Shown here in pieces: positions 47,700-62,900 of a DNA stretch of 64,000 nt (the first letter of the stretch is position 1; every line of letters begins with the position of its first letter). Made by a program: the position numbers and the translations under genes. Source of the DNA: Macrostomum hystrix. Lineage: Eukaryota > Animalia > Platyhelminthes. The stretch lies in assembly GCA_950097015.1 (NCBI GenBank), contig CATNEN010000003.1:7688001-7752000 (forward strand), in the 5' to 3' direction. Under the pieces are notes generated by a model. That model searched no databases, had not been told where the DNA came from, and saw only the letters and a list, made by a program, of their open reading frames with translations.

Positions 47700-48230
47700 A
47701 TGGGATTTTATCCTTAATTTCCTAAAGAATAAGATTTTTCTCTTCAGTGTACTGAAGAATGGGATTCTTATTCTAACTTTACTCAGTAATGGTTTTTTAT
47801 CCTCACCGTACTCAGTAGAAGGGGTCTATCCTCATTGTGCTCAGTAATGATCATTGTGATTTTTATCCTCATTGTGCTCAGTAATGGGATTTTTTTCTTC
47901 ATTGTGATGAGTAATGGGATTTTTATCTTCATTGTGCTCAGTAATGGGATTTTTATCCCCATTGTGATCAGTAATGGGATTTTTATCCTCATTGTGATCA
48001 GTAATGGGATTTTTATCCTCATTGTGATCAGTAATGGGATTTTTATCCTCATTGTGATCAGTACTGGGATTTTTATCCTCATTGTGATCAGTAATGGGAT
48101 TTTTATCCTCATTGTGATCAGTAATGGGATTTTTATCCTTATTGTGCTCAGAAATGGGATTTTTATCCTCATTGTGATCAGTACTGGGATTTTCATCATC
48201 GTGTATTATAGAACGGGATTTTATCCTCTT
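47700..48230. repeat. 30-bp minisatellite (GTAATGGGATTTTTATCCTCATTGTGATCA), third member of the same family
   Basis: Tandem copies. Confidence 0.88.
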
Positions 48231-48689
48231 GCGCTGGAAATTAGATAGGCTACTACACTAATTTTTTACCTGTAATTTCTTACAATGGGATTTTTATTCA
48301 GCTACTATATCCCATTACTAACCTTTTGAGTAAATTAAAAGTAGTACAATGCGAATACGAGTATTAATTATGTCAATATTTTTTGCTACAAGTCGTTAAT
48401 CATTTTCAATTCATTTTTCAATAAAAGTAGATTCGGCAATTTATTTTTGCTGAAAATTTTCTGCTGACTTTTGTGTTACAAATAGATTATCTATGCTGAT
48501 TTTTTGTCTATCCCTGATGTCTCTTTAATGTAAGAATATAAAATCTATATAAAAATCAGAGAAATCTATTACTTTGATTTCACATAATCATTATGCGCCA
48601 GTATTAGAACTCAGTAAAATTAAAAAGAAAATTTTTGTTTTAAAAAAGAATAATTTAATAGTAAATTTTTGGTCTCTTTTCTTTTCTTT

Positions 48690-50140
48690 GACAGGTTATA
48701 AAGACGAGTAACAGGTGAGAAAGACGATTGACCGGTAAGAGAGTGGGATGATTGACAGGTAAGAGAGACGATTGACAGGTGAGAGAGACGATTGACAGGT
48801 AAGAGAGACGATTGACTGGTGAAATGGATGATTGAAAGGTGAGAGAGACGATTGACAGGTAAGAGAGACGATTGAAAGGTGAGAGAGACGATTGACAGGT
48901 AAGAGAGACGATTGAAAGGTGAGAGAGACGATTGACTGGTGAAAGGGGTGATTGACAGGTGAGAGAGACGATTGAAAGGTGATAGAGACGATTGACTGGT
49001 GAAAGGGATGATTGAAAGGTGAGAGAGACGATTGACAGGTAAGAGAGACGATTGACTCGTGAAAGGGGTGATTGACAGGTGAGAGAGACGATTGAAAGGT
49101 GATAGAGACGATTGACAGGTAAGAGAGACGATTGAAAGGTGAGAGAGACGATTGACTGGTGAAAGGGGTGATTGACAGGTGAGAGAGACGATTGACAGGT
49201 AAGAGAGACGATTGAAAGGTGAGAGAGACGATTGACTGGTGAAAGGGATGATTGAAAGGTGAGAGAGACGATTGACAGGTAAGAGAGACGATTGAAAGGT
49301 GAGAGAGACGATTGACTGGTGAAAGGGGTGATTGACAGGTGAGAGAGACGATTGAAAGGTGATAGAGACGATTGACAGGTAAGAGAGACGATTGACTGGT
49401 GAAAGGGGTGATTGACAGGTGAGAGAGACGATTGAAAGTTGATAGAGACGATTGACAGGTAAGAGAGACGGTTGAAAGGTGAGAGAGACGATTGACTGGT
49501 GAAAGGGGTGATTGAAAGGTGAGAGAGACGATTGACAGGTGATAGAGACGATTGACTGGTGAAAGGGATGATTGAAAGGTGAGAGAGACGATTGAAAGGT
49601 GAGAGAGACGATTGACTGGTGAAAGGGGTGATTGACAGGTGAGAGAGACGATTGAAAGGTGATAGAGACGATTGACTGGTGAAAGGGGTGATTGACAGGT
49701 GAGAGAGACGATTGAAAGGTGATAGAGACGATTGACAGGTAAGAGAGACGATTGAAAGGTGAGAGAGACGATTGACTGGTGAAAGGGATGATTGAAAGGT
49801 GAGAGAGACGATTGACAGGTAAGAGAGACGATTGAAAGGTGAGAGAGACGATTGACAGGTAAGAGAGACGATTGACTGGTGAAAGGGGTGATTGACAGGT
49901 GAGAGAGACGATTGAAAGGTGAGAGAGACGATTGACTGGTGAAAGGGGTGATTGACAGGTAAGAGAGACGATTGAAAGGTGAGAGAGACGATTGACAGGT
50001 GAGAGAGACGATTGACAGGTAAGAGAGACGATTGACTGGTGAAAGGGGTGATTGACAGGTGAGAGAGACGATTGACAGGTGAGAGAGACGATTGAAAGGT
50101 GAGAGAGACGATTAACAGGTGTAAAAGACGATTGACAGAT
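48690..50140. repeat. 20-bp minisatellite (ATTGACAGGTGAGAGAGACG variants)
   Basis: Strict 20-bp periodicity. Confidence 0.93.
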
Positions 50141-50921
50141 GAAATAAATGAAAAATTATAATCAAATAGCATGACATAAACAGGAGTATTTGTCTAGTCC
50201 ACCCAGTGCATGGAATGAGAAGTTGTTCGCAGACTTCGGTCGAGCTGTCAACTGAATATCTGGCCCAATTAGTATATACAGTTTCTACCTATGGTTGGTA
50301 CATGATTTTAGATGCTAAGCCTGTTTTCGCATAAATCTAGCTTATTGGTGTGTATAGGTTCCATAATATTCTCAATATTAATAATATTACGCCTTGTTGT
50401 TAAAACCTATAAAAAGCAGTATACGCATGCGCCTGTATTAGTAGGTATTGCCCAAAAAACACTTCAGTTTTACTTGATTGCACTCGCCAGTCCAAAGTGT
50501 TACATGGCTCCTATAGGGAGAGCAATATAAAACTAGATTGGTGAGGCATTACTGTATACCCTAATTGGTTCTAGCTTGCGATGGATAATTTTATGACGCC
50601 ACTTCATTACCTACACTTATGAGCTATCGCTGCTGACTGAGCTAGTGCTAGACAATGAATAATTTTACACCCCAGCAATGAATTTACAGCTGCAATGCTG
50701 CACATTTGACAAGCGGCGTTTAATACATTTATTTTCACCACGGCGCCCTATTTATTTATGTCTTCTAGAATTTTCCGAGACCAACGAAACTGTTTGGCGC
50801 CAAGGCTAGTTTTTGAAATTGTTTGTTTCATTTTTGCAATTGAGCAGACGTGTACAGCTCATGAAATCTATTTTCAATCTCAAAAGACTGAATAATCCTG
50901 GATTAATATTCTAATATATGG

Positions 50922-53900
50922 GATTCATCTTCAAATATCCTAGAGATCCGTCCTCAAATATCCTAGAGATCCATCTTCAAATATCCTAGAGATCCGTCCT
51001 CAAATATCCTAGAGATCCATCTTCAAATATCCTAGAGATCCGTCCTCAAATATCCTAGAGATCCGTCCTCAAATATCCTAGAGATCCATCTTCAAATATC
51101 CTAGAGATTCATCTTCAAATATCCTAGAGATCCGTCCTCAAATATCCTAGAGATCCGTCCTCAAATATCCTAGAGATCCGTCTTCAAATATCCTAGAGAT
51201 CCATCTTCAAATATCCTAGAGATCCGTCCTCAAATATCCTAGAGATCCGTCCTCAAATATCCTAGAGATCCGTCTTCAAATATCCTAGAGATCCGTCTTC
51301 AAATATCCTAGAGATCCATCTTCAAATATCCTAGAGATCCGTCCTCAAATATCCTAGAGATCCGTCCTCAAATATCCTAGAGATCCATCTTCAAATATCC
51401 TAGAGATTCATCTTCAAATATCCTAGAGACCCGTCCTCAAATATCCTAGAGATCCGTCCTCAAATATCCTAGAGATCCGTCTTCAAATATCCTAGAGATC
51501 CGTCCTCAAATATCCTAGAGATCCGTCCTCAAATATCCTAGAGATCCATCTTCAAATATCCTAGAGATTCATCTTCAAATATCCTAGAGACCCGTCCTCA
51601 AATATCCTCGAGATTCATCTTCAAATATCCTAGAGATCCGTATTCAAATATCCTAGAGATCCATCTTCAAATATCCTAGAGATCCGTCCTCAAATATCCT
51701 AGAGATCCGTCCTCAAATATCCTAGAGATCCGTCCTCAAATATCCTAGAGATCCGTCTTCAAATATCCTAGAGATCCGTCTTCAAATATCCTAGAGATCC
51801 GTCTTCAAATATCCTAGAGATCCGTCTTCAAATATCCTAGAGATCCATCTTCAAATATCCTAGAGATCCGTCGTTAAATATCCTAGAGATCCGTCTTCAA
51901 ATATCCTAGAGATCCATCTTCAAATATCCTAGAGATCCGTCGTTAAATATCCTTGAGATCCCTCTTCAAATATCCTAGAGATCCGTCGTTAAATATCCTA
52001 GAGATCCGTCTTCAAATATCCTAGAGATCCGTCTTCAAATATCCTAGAGATCCGTCTTCAAATATCCTAGAGATCCGTCTTCAAATATCCTAGAGATCCG
52101 TCTTCAAATATCCTAGAGATCCGTCTTCAAATATCCTAGAGATCCGTCTTCAAATATCCTAGAGATCCGTCTTCAAATATCCTAGAGATCCGTCTTCAAA
52201 TATCCTAGAGATCCATCTTCAAATATCCTAGAGATCCGTCGTTAAATATCCTAGAGATCCCTCTTCAAATATCCTAGAGATCCGTCGTTAAATATCCTAG
52301 AGATCCGTCTTCAAATATCCTAGAGATCCGTCGTTAAATATCCTAGAGATCCCTCTTCAAATATCCTAGAGATTCATCTTCAAATATCCTAGAGATCCGT
52401 CGTTAAATATCCTAGAGATCCGTCCGTAAATATCCTAGAGATCCGTCTTCAAATATCCTAGAGATCCGTCTTCAAATATCCTAGAGACCCGTCCTCAAAT
52501 ATCCTAGAGATCCATCTTCAAATATCCTAGAGATCCATCTTCAAATATCCTAGAGATCCGTCTTCAAATATCCTAGAGATCCATCTTCAAATATCCTAGA
52601 GATCCGTCTTCAAATATCCTAGAGATCCGTCGTTAATTATCCTAGAGATCCCTCTTCAAATATCCTAGAGATCCGTCGTTAAATACCCTAGAGATCCGTC
52701 GTTAAATATCCTAGAGATCCGTCTTCAAATATCCTAGAGATTCATCTTCAAATATCCTAGAGACCCGTCCTCAAATATCCTCGAGATTCATCTTCAAATA
52801 TCCTAGAGATCCGTCTTCAAATATCCTAGAGATCCGTATTCAAATATCCTAGAGATCCATCTTCAAATATCCCAGAGATCCGTCCTCAAATATCCAAGAT
52901 TCATCTTCAAATATCCTAGAGATCCATCTATAAATATTCTAGAGATCCGTCTTCAAATATCCTAGAGATCCGTCTTCAAATATCCTAGAGATCCGTCTTC
53001 AAATATCCTAGAGATCCGTCCTCAAATATCCTAGAGATTCATCTTCAAATATCCTAGAGATCCGTCTTCAAATATCCTAGAGATCCGTCCTCAAATATCC
53101 TAGAGATTCATCTTCAAATATCCTAGAGATCCGTCTTCAAATATCCTAGAGATCCGTCCTCAAATATCCTAGAGATCCATCTTCAAATATCCTAGAGATC
53201 CGTCCTCAAATATCCTAGAGATCCGTCTTCAAATATCCTAGAGATCCATCTTCAAATATCCTAGAGATCCGTCTTCAAATATCCTAGAGATCCATCTTCA
53301 AATATCCTAGAGATCCGTCCTCAAATATCCTAGAGATCCGTCTTCAAATATCCTAGAGATCCGTCCTCAAATATCCTAGAGATCCATCTTCAAATATCCT
53401 AGAGATCCGTCCTCAAATATCCTAGAGATCCATCTTCAAATATCCTAGAGATCCGTCTTCAAATATCCTAGAGATCCATCTTCAAATATCCTAGAGATCC
53501 GTCCTCAAATATCCTAGAGATCCATCTTCAAATATCCTAGAGATCCATCTTCAAATATCCTAGAGATCCATCTTCAAATATCCTAGAGATCCGTCTTCAA
53601 ATATCCTAGAGATCCGTCTTCAAATATCCTAGAGATCCGTCTTCAAATATCCTAGAGATTCATCATCAAATATCCTAGAGATCCGTCCTCAAATATCCTA
53701 GAGATCCGTCTTCAAATATCCTAGAGATCCGTCTTCAAATATCCTAGAGATCCGTCTTCAAATATCCTAGAGATCCATCTTCAAATATCCTAGAGATCCG
53801 TCTTCAAATATCCTAGAGATCCATCTTCAAATATCCTAGAGATCCGTCGTTAAATATCCTAGAGATCCCTCTTCAAATATCCTAGAGATCCGTCGTTAAA

Positions 53901-56900
53901 TATCCTAGAGATCCGTCTTCAAATATCCTAGAGATCCGTCTTCAAATATCCTAGAGATCCGTCGTTAAATATCCTAGAGATCCGTCTTCAAATATCCTAG
54001 AGATCCATCTTCAAATATCCTAGAGATCCGTCGTTAAATATCCTAGAGATCCGTCCTCAAATATCCTAGAGATCCGTCTTCAAATATCCTAGAGATCCGT
54101 CTTCAAATATCCTAGAGATCCATCTTCAAATATCCTAGAGATCCGTACTCAAATATCCTAGAGATCCGTCTTCAAATATCCTAGAGATCCGTCTTCAAAT
54201 ATCCTAGAGATCCATCTTCAAATATCCTAGAGATTCATCTTCAAATATCCTAGAGATCCGTCCTCAAATATCCTAGAGATCCGTCCTCAAATATCCTAGA
54301 GATCCGTCCTCAAATATCCTAGAGATCCGTCTTCAAATATCCTAGAGATCCGTCCTCAAATATCCTAGAGATCCGTCCTCAAATATCCTAGAGATCCATC
54401 TTCAAATATCCTAGAGATCCGTCTTTAAATATCCTAGAGATCCCTCTTCAAATATCCTAGAGATCCGTCGTTAAATATCCTAGAGATCCGTCTTCAAATA
54501 TCCTAGAGATCCATCTTCAAATATCCTAGAGATCCGTCGTTAAATATCCTAGAGATCCATCTTCAAATATCCTAGAGATCCATCTTCAAATATCCTAGAG
54601 ATCCATCTTCAAATATCCTAGAGATCCGTCGTTAAATATCCTAGAGATCCATCTTCAAATATCCTAGAGATCCATCTTCAAATATCCTAGAGATCCATCT
54701 TCAAATATCCTAGAGATCCGTCCTCAAATATCCTAGAGATCCGTCTTCAAATATCCTAGAGATCCGTCTTCAAATATCCTAGAGATCCGTCTTCAAATAT
54801 CCTAGAGATCCGTCTTCAAATATCCTAGAGATCCGTCTTCAAATATCCTAGAGATCCGTCTTCAAATATCCTAGAGATCCGTCTTCAAATATCCTAGAGA
54901 TCCGTCTTCAAATATCCTAGAGATCCATCTTCAAATATCCTAGAGATCCGTCCTCAAATATCCTAGAGATCCGTCTTCAAATATCCTAGAGATCCGTCTT
55001 CAAATATCCTAGAGATCCGTCTTCAAATATCCTAGAGATCCATCTTCAAATATCCTAGAGATCCGTCGTTAAATATCCTAGAGATCCGTCGTTAAATATC
55101 CTAGAGATCCGTCGTTAAATATCCTAGAGATCCGTCTTCAAATATCCTAGAGATCCGTCGTTAAATATCCTAGTGATCCGTCGTTAAATATCCTAGAGAT
55201 CCGTCTTCAAATATCCTAGAGATCCGTCTTCAAATATCCTAGAGATCCATCTTCAAATATCCTAGAGATCCGTCTTCAAATATCCTAGAGATCCGTCCTC
55301 AAATATCCTAGAGATCCGTCCTCAAATATCCTAGAGATCCGTCCTCAAATATCCTAGAGATCCGTCCTCAAAAATCCTAGAGATCCGTCTTCAAATATCC
55401 TAGAGATCCGTCTTCAAATATCCTAGAGATCCGTCTTCAAATATCCTAGAGATCCGTCTTCAAATATCCTAGAGATCCGTCCTCAAATATCCTAGAGATC
55501 CGTCCTCAAATATCCTAGAGATCCGTCCTCAAATATCCTAGAGATCCGTCTTCAAATATCCTAGAGATCCGTCTTCAAATATCCTAGAGATCCGTCTTCA
55601 AATATCCTAGAGATCCGTCTTCAAATATCCTAGAGATCCATCTTCAAATATCCTAGAGATCCGTCGTTAAATATCCTAGAGATCCGTCTTCAAATATCCT
55701 AGAGATCCATCTTCAAATATCCTAGAGATCCGTCGTTAAATATCCTTGAGATCCCTCTTCAAATATCCTAGAGATCCGTCGTTAAATATCCTAGAGATCC
55801 GTCTTCAAATATCCTAGAGATCCGTCTTCAAATATCCTAGAGATCCGTCTTCAAATATCCTAGAGATCCGTCTTCAAATATCCTAGAGATCCGTCGTTAA
55901 ATATCCTAGAGATCCGTCTTCAAATATCCTAGAGATCCGTCTTCAAATATCCTAGAGATCCATCTTCAAATATCCTAGAGATCCGTCTTCAAATATCCTA
56001 GAGATCCGTCCTCAAATATCCTAGAGATCCGTCCTCAAATATCCTAGAGATCCGTCCTCAAATATCCTAGAGATCCGTCCTCAAATATCCTAGAGATCCG
56101 TCTTCAAATATCCTAGAGATCCGTCTTCAAATATCCTAGAGATCCGTCTTCATATATCCTAGAGATCCGTCTTCAAATATCCTAGAGATCCGTCCTCAAA
56201 TATCCTAGAGATCCGTCCTCAAATATCCTAGAGATCCGTCCTCAAATATCCTAGAGATCCGTCTTCAAATATCCTAGAGATCCGTCTTCAAATATCCTAG
56301 AGATCCGTCTTCAAATATCCTAGAGATCCGTCTTCAAATATCCTAGAGATCCGTCTTCAAATATCCTAGAGATCCGTCGTTAAATATCCTAGAGATCCCT
56401 CTTCAAATATCCTAGAGATTCATCTTCAAATATCCTTGAGATCCGTCGTTAAATATCCTAGAGATCCGTCCTTAAATATCCTAGAGATCCGTCTTCAAAT
56501 ATCCTAGAGATCCGTCTTCAAATATCCTAGAGACCCGTCCTCAAATATCCTAGAGATCCATCTTCAAATATCCTAGAGATCCATCTTCAAATATCCTAGA
56601 GATCCGTCTTCAAATATCCTAGAGATCCATCTTCAAATATCCTAGAGATCCGTCTTCAAATATCCTAGAGATCCGTCGTTAATTATCCTAGAGATCCCTC
56701 TTCAAATATCCTAGAGATCCGTCGTTAAATATCCTAGAGATCCGTCGTTAAATATCCTAGAGATCCGTCGTTAAATATCCTAGAGATCCGTCCTTAGAAA
56801 TCCTAGAGATCCGTCTTCAAATATCCTAGAGATTCATCTTCAAATATCCTAGAGACCCGTCCTCAAATATCCTCGAGATTCATCTTCAAATATCCTAGAG

Positions 56901-59900
56901 ATCCGTCTTCAAATATCCTAGAGATCCGTATTCAAATATCCTAGAGATCCGTCCTCAAATATCCTAGAGATCCATCTTCAAATATCCTAGAGATCCGTCT
57001 TCAAATATCCTAGAGATCCCTCTTCAAATATCCTAGAGATCCGTCGTTAAATATCCTAGAGATCCGTCTTCAAATATCCTAGAGATCCATCTTCAAATAT
57101 CCTAGAGATCCGTCGTTAAATATCCTAGAGATCCATCTTCAAATATCCTAGAGATCCATCTTCAAATATCCTAGAGATCCATCTTCAAATATCCTAGAGA
57201 TCCGTCGTTAAATATCCTAGAGATCCATCTTCAAATATCCTAGAGATCCATCTTCAAATATCCTAGAGATCCATCTTCAAATATCCTAGAGATCCGTCCT
57301 CAAATATCCTAGAGATCCGTCTTCAAATATCCTAGAGATCCGTCTTCAAATATCCTAGAGATCCGTCTTCAAATATCCTAGAGATCCGTCTTCAAATATC
57401 CTAGAGATCCATCTTCAAATATCCTAGAGATCCGTCTTCAAATATCCTAGAGATCCGTCTTCAAATATCCTAGAGATCCGTCTTCAAATATCCTAGAGAT
57501 CCATCTTCAAATATCCTAGAGATCCGTCCTCAAATATCCTAGAGATCCGTCTTCAAATATCCTAGAGATCCGTCTTCAAATATCCTAGAGATCCGTCTTC
57601 AAATATCCTAGAGATCCGTCTTCAAATATCCTAGAGATCCGTCTTCAAATATCCTAGAGATCCATCTTCAAATATCCTAGAGATCCGTCGTTAAATATCC
57701 TAGAGATCCGTCGTTAAATATCCTAGAGATCCGTCGTTAAATATCCTAGAGATCCGTCTTCAAATATCCTAGAGATCCGTCGTTAAATATCCTAGTGATC
57801 CGTCGTTAAATATCCTAGAGATCCGTCTTCAAATATCCTAGAGATCCGTCTTCAAATATCCTAGAGATCCATCTTCAAATATCCTAGAGATCCGTCTTCA
57901 AATATCCTAGAGATCCGTCCTCAAATATCCTAGAGATCCGTCCTCAAATATCCTAGAGATCCGTCCTCAAATATCCTAGAGATCCGTCCTCAAATATCCT
58001 AGAGATCCGTCTTCAAATATCCTAGAGATCCGTCTTCAAATATCCTAGAGATCCGTCTTCAAATATCCTAGAGATCCGTCTTCAAATATCCTAGAGATCC
58101 GTCCTCAAATATCCTAGAGATCCGTCCTCAAATATCCTAGAGATCCGTCCTCAAATATCCTAGAGATCCGTCTTCAAATATCCTAGAGATCCGTCTTCAA
58201 ATATCCTAGAGATCCGTCTTCAAATATCCTAGAGATCCGTCTTCAAATATCCTAGAGATCCATCTTCAAATATCCTAGAGATCCGTCGTTAAATATCCTA
58301 GAGATCCGTCTTCAAATATCCTAGAGATCCATCTTCAAATATCCTAGAGATCCGTCGTTAAATATCCTTGAGATCCCTCTTCAAATATCCTAGAGATCCG
58401 TCGTTAAATATCCTAGAGATCCGTCTTCAAATATCCTAGAGATCCGTCTTCAAATATCCTAGAGATCCGTCTTCAAATATCCTAGAGATCCGTCTTCAAA
58501 TATCCTAGAGATCCGTCTTCAAATATCCTAGAGATCCGTCTTCAAATATCCTAGAGATCCGACTTCAAATATCCTAGAGATCCATCTTCAAATATCCTAG
58601 AGATCCGTCGTTAAATATCCTAGAGATCCCTCTTCAAATATCCTAGAGATCCGTCGTTAAATATCCTAGAGATCCGTCTTCAAATATCCTAGAGATCCGT
58701 CGTTAAATATCCTAGAGATCCCTCTTCAAATATCCTAGAGATTCATCTTCAAATATCCTAGAGATCCGTCGTTAAATATCCTAGAGATCCGTCCTTAAAT
58801 ATCCTAGAGATCCGTCTTCAAATATCCTAGAGATCCGTCTTCAAATATCCTAGAGACCCGTCCTCAAATATCCTAGAGATCCATCTTCAAATATCCTAGA
58901 GATCCATCTTCAAATATCCTAGAGATCCGTCTTCAAATATCCTAGAGATCCATCTTCAAATATCCTAGAGATCCGTCTTCAAATATCCTAGAGATCCGTC
59001 GTTAATTATCCTAGAGATCCCTCTTCAAATATCCTAGAGATCCGTCGTTAAATATCCTAGAGATCCGTCGTTAAATATCCTAGAGATCCGTCGTTAAATA
59101 TCCTAGAGATCCGTCCTTAAAAATCCTAGAGATCCGTCTTCAAATATCCTAGAGATTCATCTTCAAATATCCTAGAGACCCGTCCTCAAATATCCTCGAG
59201 ATTCATCTTCAAATATCCTAGAGATCCGTCTTCAAATATCCTAGAGATCCGTATTCAAATATCCCAGAGATCCATCTTCAAATATCCTAGAGATCCGTCC
59301 TCAAATATACAAGATTCATCTTCAAATATCCTAGAGATCCATCTATAAATATTCTAGAGATCCGTCTTCAAATATCCTAGAGATCCGTCTTCAAATATCC
59401 TAGAGATCCGTCTTCAAATATCCTAGAGATCCCTCTTCAAATATCCTAGAGATTCATCTTCAAATATCCTAGAGATCCGTCTTCAAATATCCTAGAGATC
59501 CGTCCTCAAATATCCTAGAGATTCATCTTCAAATATCCTAGAGATCCGTCTTCAAATATCCTAGAGATCCGTCCTCAAATATCCTAGAGATCCATCTTCA
59601 AATATCCTAGAGATCCGTCCTCAAATATCCTAGAGATCCGTCTTCAAATATCCTAGAGATCCATCTTCAAATATCCTAGAGATCCGTCTTCAAATATCCT
59701 AGAGATCCATCTTCAAATATCCTAGAGAACCGTCCTCAAATATCCTAGAGATCCGTCTTCAAATATCCTAGAGATCCGTCCTCAAATATCCTAGAGATCC
59801 ATCTTCAAATATCCTAGAGATCCGTCGTTAAATATCCTAGAGATCCCTCTTCAAATATCCTAGAGATCCGTCGTTAAATATCCTAGAGATCCGTCTTCAA

Positions 59901-62900
59901 ATATCCTAGAGATCCGTCGTTAAATATCCTAGAGATCCCTCTTCAAATATCCTAGAGATTCATCTTCAAATATCCTTGAGATCCGTCGTTAAATATCCTA
60001 GAGATCCGTCCTTAAATATCCTAGAGATCCGTCTTCAAATATCCTAGAGATCCGTCTTCAAATATCCTAGAGACCCGTCCTCAAATATCCTAGAGATCCA
60101 TCTTCAAATATCCTAGAGATCCATCTTCAAATATCCTAGAGATCCGTCTTCAAATATCCTAGAGATCCATCTTCAAATATCCTAGAGATCCGTCTTCAAA
60201 TATCCTAGAGATCCGTCGTTAATTATCCTAGAGATCCCTCTTCAAATATCCTAGAGATCCGTCGTTAAATATCCTAGAGATCCGTCGTTAAATATCCTAG
60301 AGATCCGTCGTTAAATATCCTGGAGATCCGTCCTTAGAAATCCTAGAGATCCGTCTTCAAATATCCTAGAGATTCATCTTCAAATATCCTAGAGACCCGT
60401 CCTCAAATATCCTCGAGATTCATCTTCAAATATCCTAGAGATCCGTCTTCAAATATCCTAGAGATCCGTATTCAAATATCCTAGAGATCCGTCCTCAAAT
60501 ATCCTAGAGATCCATCTTCAAATATCCTAAAGATCCGTCTTCAAATATCCTACAGATCCCTCTTCAAATATCCTAGAGATCCGTCGTTAAATATCCTAGA
60601 GATCCGTCTTCAAATATCCTAGAGATCCATCTTCAAATATCCTAGAGATCCGTCGTTAAATATCCTAGAGATCCATCTTCAAATATCCTAGAGATCCATC
60701 TTCAAATATCCTAGAGATCCATCTTCAAATATCCTAGAGATCCGTCGTTAAATATCCTAGAGATCCATCTTCAAATATCCTAGAGATCCATCTTCAAATA
60801 TCCTAGAGATCCATCTTCAAATATCCTAGAGATCCGTCCTCAAATATCCTAGAGATCCGTCTTCAAATATCCTAGAGATCCGTCTTCAAATATCCTAGAG
60901 ATCCGTCTTCAAATATCCTAGAGATCCGTCTTCAAATATCCTAGAGATCCATCTTCAAATATCCTAGAGATCCGTCTTCAAATATCCTAGAGATCCGTCT
61001 TCAAATATCCTAGAGATCCGTCTTCAAATATCCTAGAGATCCATCTTCAAATATCCTAGAGATCCGTCCTCAAATATCCTAGAGATCCGTCTTCAAATAT
61101 CCTAGAGATCCGTCTTCAAATATCCTAGAGATCCGTCTTCAAATATCCTAGAGATCCGTCTTCAAATATCCTAGAGATCCGTCTTCAAATATCCTAGAGA
61201 TCCATCTTCAAATATCCTAGAGATCCGTCGTTAAATATCCTAGAGATCCGTCGTTAAATATCCTAGAGATCCGTCGTTAAATATCCTAGAGATCCGTCTT
61301 CAAATATCCTAGAGATCCGTCGTTAAATATCCTAGTGATCCGTCGTTAAATATCCTAGAGATCCGTCTTCAAATATCCTAGAGATCCGTCTTCAAATATC
61401 CTAGAGATCCATCTTCAAATATCCTAGAGATCCGTCTTCAAATATCCTAGAGATCCGTCCTCAAATATCCTAGAGATCCGTCCTCAAATATCCTAGAGAT
61501 CCGTCCTCAAATATCCTAGAGATCCGTCCTCAAATATCCTAGAGATCCGTCTTCAAATATCCTAGAGATCCGTCTTCAAATATCCTAGAGATCCGTCTTC
61601 AAATATCCTAGAGATCCGTCTTCAAATATCCTAGAGATCCGTCCTCAAATATCCTAGAGATCCGTCCTCAAATATCCTAGAGATCCGTCCTCAAATATCC
61701 TAGAGATCCGTCTTCAAATATCCTAGAGATCCGTCTTCAAATATCCTAGAGATCCGTCTTCAAATATCCTAGAGATCCGTCTTCAAATATCCTAGAGATC
61801 CATCTTCAAATATCCTAGAGATCCGTCGTTAAATATCCTAGAGATCCGTCTTCAAATATCCTAGAGATCCATCTTCAAATATCCTAGAGATCCGTCGTTA
61901 AATATCCTTGAGATCCCTCTTCAAATATCCTAGAGATCCGTCGTTAAATATCCTAGAGATCCGTCTTCAAATATCCTAGAGATCCGTCTTCAAATATCCT
62001 AGAGATCCGTCTTCAAATATCCTAGAGATCCGTCTTCAAATATCCTAGAGATCCGTCTTCAAATATCCTAGAGATCCGTCTTCAAATATCCTAGAGATCC
62101 GACTTCAAATATCCTAGAGATCCATCTTCAAATATCCTAGAGATCCGTCGTTAAATATCCTAGAGATCCCTCTTCAAATATCCTAGAGATCCGTCGTTAA
62201 ATATCCTAGAGATCCGTCTTCAAATATCCTAGAGATCCGTCGTTAAATATCCTAGAGATCCCTCTTCAAATATCCTAGAGATTCATCTTCAAATATCCTA
62301 GAGATCCGTCGTTAAATATCCTAGAGATCCGTCCTTAAATATCCTAGAGATCCGTCTTCAAATATCCTAGAGATCCGTCTTCAAATATCCTAGAGACCCG
62401 TCCTCAAATATCCTAGAGATCCATCTTCAAATATCCTAGAGATCCATCTTCAAATATCCTAGAGATCCGTCTTCAAATATCCTAGAGATCCATCTTCAAA
62501 TATCCTAGAGATCCGTCTTCAAATATCCTAGAGATCCGTCGTTAATTATCCTAGAGATCCCTCTTCAAATATCCTAGAGATCCGTCGTTAAATATCCTAG
62601 AGATCCGTCGTTAAATATCCTAGAGATCCGTCGTTAAATATCCTAGAGATCCGTCCTTAAAAATCCTAGAGATCCGTCTTCAAATATCCTAGAGATTCAT
62701 CTTCAAATATCCTAGAGACCCGTCCTCAAATATCCTCGAGATTCATCTTCAAATATCCTAGAGATCCGTCTTCAAATATCCTAGAGATCCGTATTCAAAT
62801 ATCCTAGAGATCCATCTTCAAATATCCTAGAGATCCGTCCTCAAATATCCAAGATTCATCTTCAAATATCCTAGAGATCCATCTATAAATATTCTAGAGA

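Noticed and set aside
50625-50665. Hammerhead-ribozyme-like CTGACTGA plus a short stem
   Set aside because: No correctly placed GAAA core or closing stems
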